Shown here one piece after another: positions 49,943 to 61,180 of a DNA stretch of 64,000 nt. The number at the start of each line of letters is the position of its first letter. Position 1 is the first letter of the stretch. The stretch comes from Isurus oxyrinchus. Its lineage: Eukaryota. The position numbers and the translations under genes were made by a program. Location: the NCBI GenBank assembly GCA_026770705.1, contig JANJGN010000026.1, positions 32,178,001 through 32,242,000 on the forward strand, given 5' to 3'. The notes below the pieces were generated by a model. It searched no databases and was not told the DNA's origin. It worked only from the letters and a program-made list of their open reading frames with translations.

Positions 49943-50980
49943 GTCTTTACTCTGTCTGTGGGAGTTCCTCTCTGATGGGGTTTATACAGAATCTCTGGCA
50001 GATGTAGCCACAATGTTCAGTGGCGCTGTCAGCCGCTCAAACACAAACCAAGGGGAAATCACATTCACCTCGGATCAAACTGTCAACAACTGTTTGCAGG
50101 AGCGGCCAAGAGAAGAAACTGCAGAATCCGATCGGACCGACGATCATCACAGAATCAGATTTGAAATGCCCACTCTCAATAACTTGTTGCTATGTCTCAG
50201 GATGCTCTCACCTCACTTCCTGGTGTCTTCATTGGTCTGTGAGATCTGTCGGTGGTGAACTGACTGACACCCCGAACTGGATTACAGTCATGTAGGGTAA
50301 TGGCTGGACTTTTAGACCCGGGTCTGAGGGGAATCAAATCCTGGTCCGTTCATTATCACCAGAAAACTCGGGATTGTTAAACTGGGATTGGGATCAAAGG
50401 TTATCCGAGTTAGACGGGAATGTGGAAATCGAAACACAAGAGGATCAGCCATGATCTTATTGAATGGTGGAGCAGGCTCGAGGAGCCGAATGGTCTACTC
50501 CTGTTCCTAGTTCTTACGTTCTTATGTTCTTAATCGTGATAGAAAACATTCCAGCATTAAGGGGACATTCTGAAGCTCAATGGTCAGTGGGAGAACTCTG
50601 AACCTGGGGCTTGTTATAGAGATCATAGTCACAACCTGATGAACGTCGCTCATTGTGTATAAACTGTCTCTGATTCATCAACACACTCTGATCAAATGAA
50701 ATCCGTGAACAGGCCACGGTCAAAGACTCCAGAAAACTGATAGGGGAGACGGGGAAGGGTTGTTCAATATGACAGACAGGCACAAAGCTACACCAAAAGG
50801 TAATAAGTAAATGAAAGTATGAAAATCGATTATGGTACAAATGCAAGTTGAATTCAGCTAATATAATTCCACAAGTGTTCCTCAGCTCTTCTTGTTTGTT
50901 GTTTGTTTTGGATGTTTTCGGAAGGTCCCTGTGACCCTCACTGTGGAGGCTGCTTTATTCTCCTGCTTATCGGTGCGAGA

Positions 50981-50994
50981 GCGCCCTCTAGTGG
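50981..50994 (-). promoter_or_regulatory. CTCF-binding motif just downstream of a family A RSS
   Basis: CCACTAGAGGGCGC 23 bp beyond the nonamer; equivalent sites at 19136, 40300, 46218, 47497. Confidence 0.65.
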
Positions 50995-51017
50995 ACACCA
51001 GATGGAACTACCAATGG

Positions 51018-51494
51018 GGCTTTTGTACGGGATCCGCTATCTCTGCAGCAGTGTGGGCTTCAAGGCACAGAAATACACGCCGCTGTCGGACAGAAAAAAC
51101 CCCGGCGATATTTAAAGTAACCGTTTTGTTTCCTTTGTTCAAATCAGCAGAGAACCTGGCTGGTAATTTTGGAGACCTTTCTTCATTCCCCGAGCTATAT
51201 ATTTTTAGCAAATATTTCGGAGCTTCCCCGCGATACTGGACGTACCAGAACAGAGTTGGGGAACTGTAGGTTGTCAAGTAACTGCAGTTCAGCGTTATGC
51301 TCTGTCCTTCCAGAATCATTAATTCAGAGGGATCCTGGGACTCTAAATCCGCGCTATTCGTTCCTGTAGCACAATTGCAAAATGTTTCAAAAGTGAGGGA
51401 GTAAATATAACCCCTGTAAATACATTGACTATGTAGACATATACTCACCAGGCAGCAAGGCTATTATTATCAGTAACGTACATGGTGAGCACAT
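51018..51494 (-). pseudogene. Family A V with a +1 frameshift in a homopolymer (leader 51449-51494, V exon 51056-51363, RSS 51018-51055)
   Basis: MCSPCTLLIIIALLP|GTNSADLESQDPSELMILEGQSITLNCSYLTTYSSPTLFWYVQYRGEAPKYLLKIYSSG...NIAGVF/LSDSGVYFCALKP; CACACTG-22-ACAAAAGCC. Confidence 0.88.
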
Positions 51495-52504
51495 GGCGTC
51501 TTGTATTGAGTTCGACAGAAAATCATAGATTATTCTAAATATGTTGATCCTCTAGTCTGATATTAAAGCGTAAGCCGGAACAGGATCAGGCTTCACTTAT
51601 TGAGAAGCAGAGGGGCGTTTACCCGAGAGGGGATTGGCTGGTCTGTCAGCGCTGATGACAGTTCCTCACCAATCAATGAGAGCCGTGGGCAGTTGCTTTA
51701 CCTCTCTCTCTCTCCCTCTTTCCTGACATGTTTAGCTTGTCTGCCTCTCTGCTGTGTCAAACTCTCCTTAAAATAAATGTTCCCTCCTCAGTAAAACGCA
51801 TTGAAATGACAAGTAAACAGGGGGTGAATACAGAATACAACAAATTTGGCAAGCATGAGGTTATGCGTGAAGACCTCCAGGCGGCGTTCCCGTCAGTCTG
51901 GAGTTTTCGCATTGAAATTGGACTCAAAGTTAATCAATAGGTGCCGTTTTTGATTGTCTCATTCAGTGAAGCCATATTGACCACAGGGTATAAGGGCAGT
52001 GCGGTAAATATAAACTGCACAGGTACGGAAAGGAAATATGAAACAAATGTGCATTTAAAGGTGAACGAGTGAAATAACTTAGGGTATCCAAGGCAGACAA
52101 TAACGAACCAGCAAATAGAGCTGTTAAATACAAACATTCTAAGCCGGTGATAACCATTGGAGTTAGACATATCCCAGAGATCAAATAATCCTGAAAAAAT
52201 AACCTATTCGCATGCAGGGAAAGAGAAATTTATTCGCAGTGATGGGTCAAGAGGTCATTGCATGGGACAGTCAATCACTGGGTGAGCAATTGAATGACGT
52301 CTGAGGGCAACATCAAATAATATGCCGATTGGTGAGGACGTCACTCATCAGTCATTCATTATATGAGGAAAATTTGAAGTTCTCCTCTCTCCCCCTCCTC
52401 TCCACCATTGAGGGTCCTGAACTCGGCAGCAAGTCCCAGTCTGGAAATCAGTCCCTGATTGATCTGCCTTTTGTCCATCTTCATCGTCCTGAACAGAAAC
52501 CCCC

Positions 52505-52956
52505 ACAAATTCCTGTTTCTAGTTGGAGCCCTGTTGCTGTTTATATTGTGTGAGTTTGCTTATCTAATCAGATGCATTATCTTACCAAACTCTTAAGAAC
52601 CTGTCGTGGTTTGAGTAATTTTTCCTTTGTTCACAGCCATTCAACGTGAGGATCAGAGCTCCCACCCTGAGTAGGTGGTGTCTCGGGAAGGGGTACGGGT
52701 TGAACTGGACTGTCGGCTCTCTGTTGGTATTGGTTATTCTGTAGCCTGATACAGACAAACACTGACAAGTGCTCCGATCTTTATCGCCTCCATATACCAG
52801 GAGAATGTGACCACAGGACGCTACACACTGTCCTTTGACCGAGCAAAGAAGTCCAATACATCTCTATAGACAACACAGCTGTCCAGGTCGCCGGAATGTA
52901 TCACTGCATGAAGCAGACACAGTGAGTCAAAGAGCGGATCCGGCTGTACAATATCT
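52505..52956 (+). pseudogene. TCR V pseudogene (distinct family)
   Basis: Leader relic LFLVGALLLFIL|GTGAGT; exon from 52637 with stops (PE*VVSREGVRVELDC..A*YRQ), AGMYHCMKQ; CACAGTG-23-ACAATATCT (52918-52956). Confidence 0.85.
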
Positions 52957-54386
52957 TCTTCACTGCCGTGTCTCCACTGAGCCTTTAACCTTTCCTCAAC
53001 CTTGAAAATGCCAACGATGTTCAGAAACGTTACTTTCCCTTTTTCAAACTTCCGTCTGGATAAAATTATAAAATCCCAAATCTGTTACTGTAGTTACTGT
53101 ATCCAGAAACATATTCCGTCCCCACACTAGGAGATGAAAGTGTTGGGGGAAGGTATAAACTATCCTGGAACCGTGAGGAAAGCTCAACCACTCTCATGCT
53201 TAACACGGTTCAACTGTTAGATGCTGCGATGTATTACAGTGCCGTGAAACAAAGAGGCGAGGATCTTGTACATGGACTCATTTGACACGGGGACTGAGGA
53301 GGCAACCAGCTCATGGGCTTTCGAAGTGCATGAGATACAAGTAAAATCAGTTTTAGAATGGTAAATTTCGTCATCAGAGCAATTTAATGGAACAAAATAA
53401 TATTTAGTTATCGGTACGACAGGAATTGACCTGTAAAAATATAAGTTAATATAATATATGTGTAAACAATGAAACGCTAAAGCAATCAGAACAATGAAAG
53501 AAGCACTGCTTGTTATTGGTACAGTTCCTGTACCTACATATTTACAGCCAGAATGACGAATACTAGATGCATCCTCACAGTTCATAGGTTAATAAGCAAA
53601 CAGGAAACAGCTGGCATTAGATGAACACGAATCGGGTGAACACATTGAGCAGCTGGATAACCAAAGAAATCAATTTAAAGTCACGTGGATTTCTGCTCTT
53701 GGATTGGTTGGAACTCTTTGCTGTTCACACGATGTCAGAAGCAGTTTGTTGATCTGCTGCTCCCTACCCCAGCGACTCATATCAGAACATATCAGTTGTC
53801 TGAAGACCAGCAAGTTCTTCTCCTCCATATGGAGAGAACGGAAAGAATCCTGTCGCTCTCTGATAGCGCCTCTGGAAAGGAACATATCAGGCGCTGGGTG
53901 TTCAGATCCAGTAAAATAATTTACTAATAGAATGGATGGAGCCTGGAGAAATTTACCCCACAACGAAATCAACATCTTGAGGCAAATCCCAGCGGTCTTT
54001 TATTCAGATGCCTGTTCCAGACAATTAAAATATCTCCAAAGGGAGAAGGGAATTCAAAAAGAAATGCAGTTTTTCTCGTTTTTGCAACTTTCTTTTAAGG
54101 CTTTCTTTTACCGTTGGTTTTCAAACTCGTCATTTGTACTTTCTTTTATTTATTTTTCTTATTTCATTAATATGCTCTCTTGACATGAATTAGCAAAGTT
54201 TTCTACCTGTTCCCTCACTCATTTTTCTCTTCTGTTGTCCGTGTATGTGTTTCCAATTCTCTTTATTTCGCACTTTTTGAACCCTGTCTGTTCTCCATTT
54301 TCTAATTGAAGCTCATTCACTGTAGCTTTCCATTATTATTACCGGATACCCCAAAACGCAGCAGAGCAGATCCCCCGCTGGGTCCA

Positions 54387-54751
54387 AGTTTCTGTACGGA
54401 CTCTCCGTCTGTTAGTTACGCTTTGGCCTCACGGCGCAGAGACCGGCGGCGCTGTCTGTCACTCGGGGGGCCCTCACTGTCATGGTGCTGAATTTAGTGC
54501 CTCCCCGGTTTGAAGCAGTGACACTTCCTTCTTAAATGTCTCATTTGTGGCCATCACCAGATGCTGGAGGGGCTGATTCGGGCGATGTCTGCCCCAGCAG
54601 TCAACGGAGCGGTAGCCGAGCAGTTCAGAGATGCGATTCCCGCTTTACGGAGAACTATCCGCCCAGGGAGCTGCACCACCTCATCCTCACTTGTCACAGC
54701 CGTGTGGAGAAGTATGTAAACCAGTACGAAAACTCGGTAAATCCGGAACAT
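54387..54751 (-). pseudogene. V pseudogene with leader fused to V in one exon (family D)
   Basis: MFRIYRVFVLVYILLHTAVTS-EDEVVQLPGRIVLRKAGIASLNC...WGRHRPNQPLQHL...TMTVRAPRVTDSAAGLCAVR; frameshifts; CAAAGCG-23-ACAGAAACT. Confidence 0.82.
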
Positions 54752-55529
54752 TATTGGACCGGATGAAATGCTGAGAGAATGAATTGTTCACGGAGTTCGG
54801 GTTAGAACTAGGATACGGATATCATGTTATATTATATTATATTATATTACATCGAGGAAAATGAACAACCAGCGGTACCACACACTCCGTCTTTCTGCAG
54901 GATACCAGCTCACATTCTAACTTCAGACCGGGCCGCCCACACTCAGTGTTTCACACTGCCCTCTTGTGGCGTGTACTACTGATTGCGATGTGCTTTTATT
55001 GCTGCTGAATTCGACAAGTTGTATTTCATAGGAGAGTTGTAAATGGGAACAGATTTTCCCTCCTTCTTGGTGTTGTTCGTTTATCCGGAGAGATCTTAAT
55101 TCCCGCCTTTCTTTGCAGACCCCAAAAATTTAGTGTGTTTCTCTCCTCCAGTCTTATTTGATTATTCCTATCATAAAATATGTTTTTACTTATTGAACCT
55201 TTGCCTTACCCGGGTGTGTGCACAATGACACCTTCTTCCTGCTGTTTCAATATATCAACAGTAGTAATAACATTGGTAAATGATAATCAAAGAGCGAAAC
55301 AAACTCTTTCATTCATTTAACATTTTTCACTATTACTGAAGCCTCGAAGGGCTTATAGTCATTGAAGCACTGATGGAAGTATGGTCATTGTTTAATGTAG
55401 GAAATGTAATGTTTAATTTCCGTTCGCCAACTCTCACATACGACAATGTGACAATGACCATATAACTTGTTTTTGTGATGTCGATTGAGGGATAAACATT
55501 GTTAATTCCAAAGCTCTTCTTCGATGCAG

Positions 55530-55740
55530 TATCATGAGACATTTTACATTCACCTCAGCAGAGAGTTTCAGACTCGGGTTAATGTCTCATCGAAAAGACG
55601 TCACCTCCGGCGATGCAGTTCACCTTCAATGATGCACCTGAGCGTCAGCCATGATTTTTGCGCTCAAGCCCTGGAGTGAGATTGAACCCAGAATCTTGTG
55701 ATTCAGTTTGGGAGTCTGGTACCGACTGAACGAGGGCTCA
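55530..55740 (-). mobile_element. Deu-domain SINE
   Basis: GGGTTAATGTCTCATCGAAAAGACGTCACCTCCGGC. Confidence 0.7.
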
Positions 55741-56014
55741 CAATATGTACGAAAATATAAAAGGATATGTACCAATTTCAAAGCAATGGTGCTATTTTTC
55801 AAAGTTCTTTGCAGCCTTCTAGACTCAAGACTGAGTCCAATAATCATAGATCATGATCTTTGCCTCCATCTTATTCATTTTTTTTTTTGCTGGTTCATCC
55901 TTGTCCCGTTTCTTTCTTTATTCCTTCAGATGGCTGTTACGGAACCATACATCTCATTTGGAGAAGTTATTAGTTTGTTTAGAATATTCATTGCCATTTT
56001 TTTGGCTTTTTAAA

Positions 56015-56382
56015 ATTATTTGATGTGATGTTGGCGTCGCTGACAGGACCCATTTGTTGCCCATTCATAATTGCCCTTGAACCGAGAGGTTCCTGAGGCT
56101 ATTTCGGAGGGCCGTTAAAATCCAACCATATTGCTGTGGGTGTGGAGTCTCATGTAGACCATACCAGGTAAAGATGGAAGATTCCCGTCCCTAAAGGATA
56201 CTGTTGAACCAATAAATGTTGCTTTCATGGTCACTATCACAAAAGTAGCTTTCGTTTCCAGTTTTTGTGATTTAAATTTAAATTTCACCACCTGCTGTGT
56301 GGAAGGTTTTAAACCCGTGCACGACACCCTGAGTCGCTCAATTACCAATGCAACAACATAACCACTAGGCTACTGTCTCCCT
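56015..56382 (-). mobile_element. tRNA-derived SINE (38.1-kb family)
   Basis: Reverse-complement similarity to 38068-38448. Confidence 0.75.
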
Positions 56383-57120
56383 ATTAAATATACCCACTAC
56401 CACAAAGCAGGCAATGAGGGTCAAAATGAATAAAATCAAATGGAACCTGTGGGCGGGTCTGCCTGTGCAGGGTTACTGCTGGTTGTCTCTATAATGCCCA
56501 GGAGTTAACAGGGAGGAACTGCGCCCTCTATCGGCACCTCTTAGAATTTTGCGCAATCAGAACAAAGAGAAAAATGAAAATGTATCCGTGGCAGAATTCA
56601 ATAACCAGATTCCGGCAACATTTTCAGAATAACCAACTGTGCAACTATGAAGGATATATGAGTGATGTTAAAGAAAAGGGAATTCTACTTTGTTTGGGAT
56701 CCTTTTCATTCATAACTTAATCCAACCTTTTAAACTCTGTTCATGACACTCGTTTTTTTTTTCCATTTTCTTTCATTTATTTTTCCATCCTTGTCGCTTT
56801 TTCTGAATTTTGCACTTGCGATTGCTGCACCGATTCGCTTTGCTTTTGTCGCTCACTCATTCTGGCTTGCGTGTTTTCTTCCTTTCCCTGCGTCTCAGTT
56901 TCCACCTCTCTTCATTTATGAACCCCTTTAAATCTTCATATATTTCCTTGCATTTGCGCTCAACGCCACTCAACCCCACACCCCCAACCCGCCCTGACCC
57001 ACCACTCCAACCCCGCCGCCCCCCCCCCCCCCACCCCCCAAACCCATATACGGCCCTCGTATTTTTATCACCGCGCCACCCGCAACGCCGATCGTGGAAA
57101 CACGGTAGAACGGAGTTCCC

Positions 57121-57490
57121 ACTCTGTGTACGAGCTCTCAGTTTGCTTGTTACACTGTGGCTGACGGCGCAGAGATAAGTGGCCGTGTCTGTAACCCCAG
57201 CGCCTCTCACAGTCAGGATACTGAGTTTGATGTCTCCCGATTGAAGCAGTGATGCTCCCGTGTTGATTAGTTCCTCTTGTGGTCATCTCTAGATGTTAGC
57301 GTGGTTGATTGGGGAGCTGCCTGTACCAACTCACCGTGTTCACTCCACTGGTGATGATGTAGTTCATGGATACGATTCCCGCTTCATTAACAACCATCCG
57401 CACTGGGAGCTGCGTCACCTCATCTTCGTATGTCACTTCAGTTTAGATCAAAACGGATAAGAAGGAATAGAATCTGCAAATCCGGAGCAT
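57121..57490 (-). pseudogene. Second family D V pseudogene, leader fused to V
   Basis: MLRICRFYSFLSVLI*TEVTY-EDEVTQLPVRMVVNEAGIVSMNY..VSWYRQLPNQPR*HL...LTVRGAGVTDTATYLCAVS; CACAGTG-23-ACACAGAGT. Confidence 0.85.
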
Positions 57491-58979
57491 TATCACGTCA
57501 CATGGAATACCGGCTGAAGCAATTGTCCACGGAGATCAGGTTCGAGCCAGGAAATGGATATTATGTTCAGAAGATTCAACAAGGAGACAAACACCCGCTT
57601 CAGGTCAAACTCAGAGACGTCTTTGTCGAATTAACGAAAGAAGCCGAGCCTTGATGTTTACCGCTTCAGGATTCACACTAACACCGGTTCACACTGTCTC
57701 TGAGCTCATAGTTGGCCAACTACAATGACTACTTCACAGTGATATCGGCTCACACTGTCTCTGAACTAACACGGGGCCGCTCACATTCAACGTTTCTCAC
57801 TGCGCTCTGGTGGTGTGTACCGGTAATTGCATGCTGCAGTTGTTCATTGGAATTCCAGCCAAGCTGCAGTTTAAATGATAGTTGTAAATGAAAGCAGCTA
57901 ATCCCGCCTCTCTGTTATACGTCTCTTAACCGTGGACGATCTACCCCGCCATATCATCTGAAACGTCCAACGCTTCCATTGCATTTTTCTGCTGCATTCA
58001 GGCTGAAGCTTCATTCTACACTGATCATTCACAGTGTGACAAGAGGAATGTCCCAATATTGATCTAAAATCTCATTTTATGGTTTGAACCAGCATGTTTG
58101 CCCATATGGATGCAGGGCGAGCTTTTCCATCGAATATTTATACCCTACCACTGACAACTCATAATAATAAATTATGTCGGACAAGCCAAAATGCCTGCGC
58201 ATGTTAAAATTATTCGTTGCTCCCACGTTCGTTTCTTAATCACCTTTTCTTCAATGAAGCTACTGAACACGTTTGAGAGTCTGGAATTCGCCCCAACACT
58301 GAGCACGTATCTCAGTGCTCTCTTCTGGCGGTGACGTGGTACTGCAAGGCATAGCTGTTCAGTAGTTTTTAGCTTTCCGAATTCCAGATACCTTTCGACA
58401 GTCTCCAAACCTAACCTAAGCGCACTATTTTCTTTTCCTTTTTTATGCTTTATCTTTGCATTTTTGCTGTTAACGTTTGCTGATGAATCCGATTTCCTAA
58501 TTACACCTTCGCCAGGATTATCATTTGTATATTTGTTTGTACCATTCCCACAGCTCTTCTCTTGGGACACCGTCCCCCTTGACATTTAACCTCTCCTGCC
58601 TTGCACCTTATTGCAGGCTTTGCTACTTGTACACTTCCGCCTTAGCCTGCATTTGTACTTGCCTAAAATCCCTTCTATTTGTACCTATATTTTCCGGCTC
58701 TGATAAACCTAACCGAATAAAACTTAGACGGTTTCTCTCTCCAAAGCTGCTGTATGCCCTGCTGAGCGTCTGCAGAATTTTGCATTTACATTTCGGACAC
58801 TATAAAGTTCCTATCGCAATGAGGGAGGCCATGCCGCCAATTCTGTCTCAATAATTCGGCAATGCATCAATTCCCTCCCCCATGTGCCCCCAAACATTTG
58901 CTTAAATTAGTTAGGTGACTAGTCAGCTTCAACTCCAGCTAGGATTTTATTTCACACATTCTTCACTTTCTGTGTGTAG

Positions 58980-60591
58980 ATCTGAGTCATGGAGATTCTG
59001 CCACCTGGCCACTGTTAAAACAGAAAGAGAAGCGGTGATCATCTTCCGAGATTCTATAGACTCTGGAACAGTTCCTACAGATGGGAGGGTAGCTAATGTA
59101 ACCCCAATATTTAAAAAGGGAGGCAGAAAGAAAAAAGGGAATTATAGACCAGACAGCCTGACGTCGGTAGAGAGGAAAATTCTAGAGGCCATCATAAAAG
59201 ATTTAGTAGCTGAGCACATTGAAAACAGAGGAAGGATCGGGAAGAGTCAGCATGGATTTATTGAAGGGAAATTATGCTTGACAAATCTACTGGAATTTTT
59301 CGAGGATATAACTAGTAAAGTTGATGAGGAGGAGCCAGTAGATGTGGTTTATTTGGGCTTTCAGAAGGCTTTCAACAAAGTCCCACATAAGAGATTGGCA
59401 TGTAAAATTAAAGTGCATGGGATGAGAGGTAGTTTATTGAGATGGGTAGAAAACTGGTTGGCAAACAGGAAACAAAGAGCAGGAATAAACGGGTCTTTCT
59501 CCGAATTGCAGGTAGTGACTAACTGGGTACTGCAGGGATCGTTGCGGGGACCCCAGATAATCACAATATCTATTAATGATTTAGATGAGGGAATTAAATG
59601 TAATATCTCCAAATTCGCAGATGACACAAAGCTGGGTGGGAGGGTAAGCTGTGAGGGGGATGCAGAGATTCTTCCGTGTGACTTGGACAAGCTGAGTGAG
59701 TGGGCAAATGCAGTATAAAGTGGATAAATGTGAGGTTATCCATTTTGGTAACAAAAACAGGAAGGAAGATTATTATATGAATGGCTATAAATTGAGACAG
59801 GGGAATCTGCAACGAGACCTGGGTGTCCTTGTACACCAGTCGCTGAAGGTACGCATGCAGGTGCAGCAGGCAGTAAAGAAGGCAAATGGTATGTTGGCCT
59901 TCATAGCGAGAGGATTCGAGTACAGGAACAGGGATGCCTTGGTGCAATTGTACAGGGCCTTGGTGAGACCACTCCTGGATTATTGTGTGCAGTTTTGGTC
60001 TCCTTATCTGAGGAAGGATATACTTGCTATGGAGGGAGTGCAGCGAAAGTTTACCCGACGAATTCCTGGGATGACAGGACTGACATATGAATAAAAATTG
60101 AATCGATTACGATTATGTTCATTGAAGTTCATAAGAATGAGGGGGGATCTCATAGAAACCTGTACAATTCTAACAGGACTAGACAGGATATATGCAGGAA
60201 GAATGTTCCCAATGGTGCGGGAGTCCAGAACCAGGGGTCACAGTCTGAGAATATGGGGTAGACTATTTAGGACTGAGATGAGGAGAAATTTATTCACCCA
60301 GAGAGTGGTGAGCCTGTGAAATTCGTTACCACAGGAAGTAGTTGAGACCAAAACATTGTATGTTTTCAAGAAAGAGTTAGATATAGTTCCTGGGGCGAAA
60401 GTGATCAAATCGTATGGGGAGAAAGCAGGAGCAGGCTATCGATTTGGATGATCAGCCATGATCATAATGAATGGTGGAGCAGGCTCAAAGGGCCGAATGG
60501 CCTACTCCTGCTCCTAGTTTCTATGTTCTATGTTGTTACTGCTCCTTGGGACTCAAAGTGAGTATAACGGCTCAATCCTCGCACAGAAACT
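58980..60591 (+). pseudogene. Family B-like V relic whose interior is replaced by a CR1 insertion
   Basis: 5' part DLSHGDSATWPL/VKTEREAV (58980-59038); 3' part CYCSLG + CAAAGTG-22-ACAGAAACT (60554-60591). Confidence 0.7.
59039..60532 (+). mobile_element. 5'-truncated CR1 LINE (RT domain to 3' tail)
   Basis: NVTPIFKKG, YLGFQKAF, KFADDTKLGG, CVQFWSP; tail CTATGTTCTATG. Confidence 0.95.
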
Positions 60592-60879
60592 CCCGCCATT
60601 ACGTACGACAGTGGTTGTTCTTGCCAACGCCGGTTCTAATGCGGATCAATTGTGAAGACCAGGACAAAATGATTATTTCAAAATTCTGCCATTTGTTTCT
60701 GGTAAATTACAATATCAGCAATAACTGTCTTTAATTGGCGCACATTAGACTGATTCCCCGACTTTCTCTGAATTCGTTTCATAACGTTTACAAGCGCTCG
60801 CTACCAGATGGCAGGAGGAAGATGTTCAGCTGCTGGTTTGATGGTCGGGACGGATTACACACTGAGTTTTTATTATTAT

Positions 60880-61180
60880 TTATTTATTTATGGATCAGCA
60901 TTCATTGCCCATCCCTAGTTGCCCTTGAGACGATGTTGGTGAGCTGCCTTCTTGAACCGCTGCACTCCATGTGGTTTAGGTACACCCACTGCGCTGTTAG
61001 GAAGGGAGTTCCAGGATTTTGACTTAGTGAAAGCGAAGGAACGGGGATATGTTTCCAAGACAGAATGGTGAATGGCTTGGAGAAGAACTTCCAGGTTGTG
61101 GTGTTCCCATCTATCAGCTGACCTTGTCCTTCAAGACGGGAGAGATTATGGGTATAGAAGGTGCTGTCAAAAGAGGCTTG
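60880..61180 (-). mobile_element. 3' end of the second LINE family
   Basis: TTGCCCATCCCTAGTTGCCCTTGAG matches 42060-42085. Confidence 0.8.

Noticed and set aside
53670-53975. Overlapping ORFs or possible V relic
   Set aside because: No conserved V motifs; only a weak nonamer-like GCAGAAATC.
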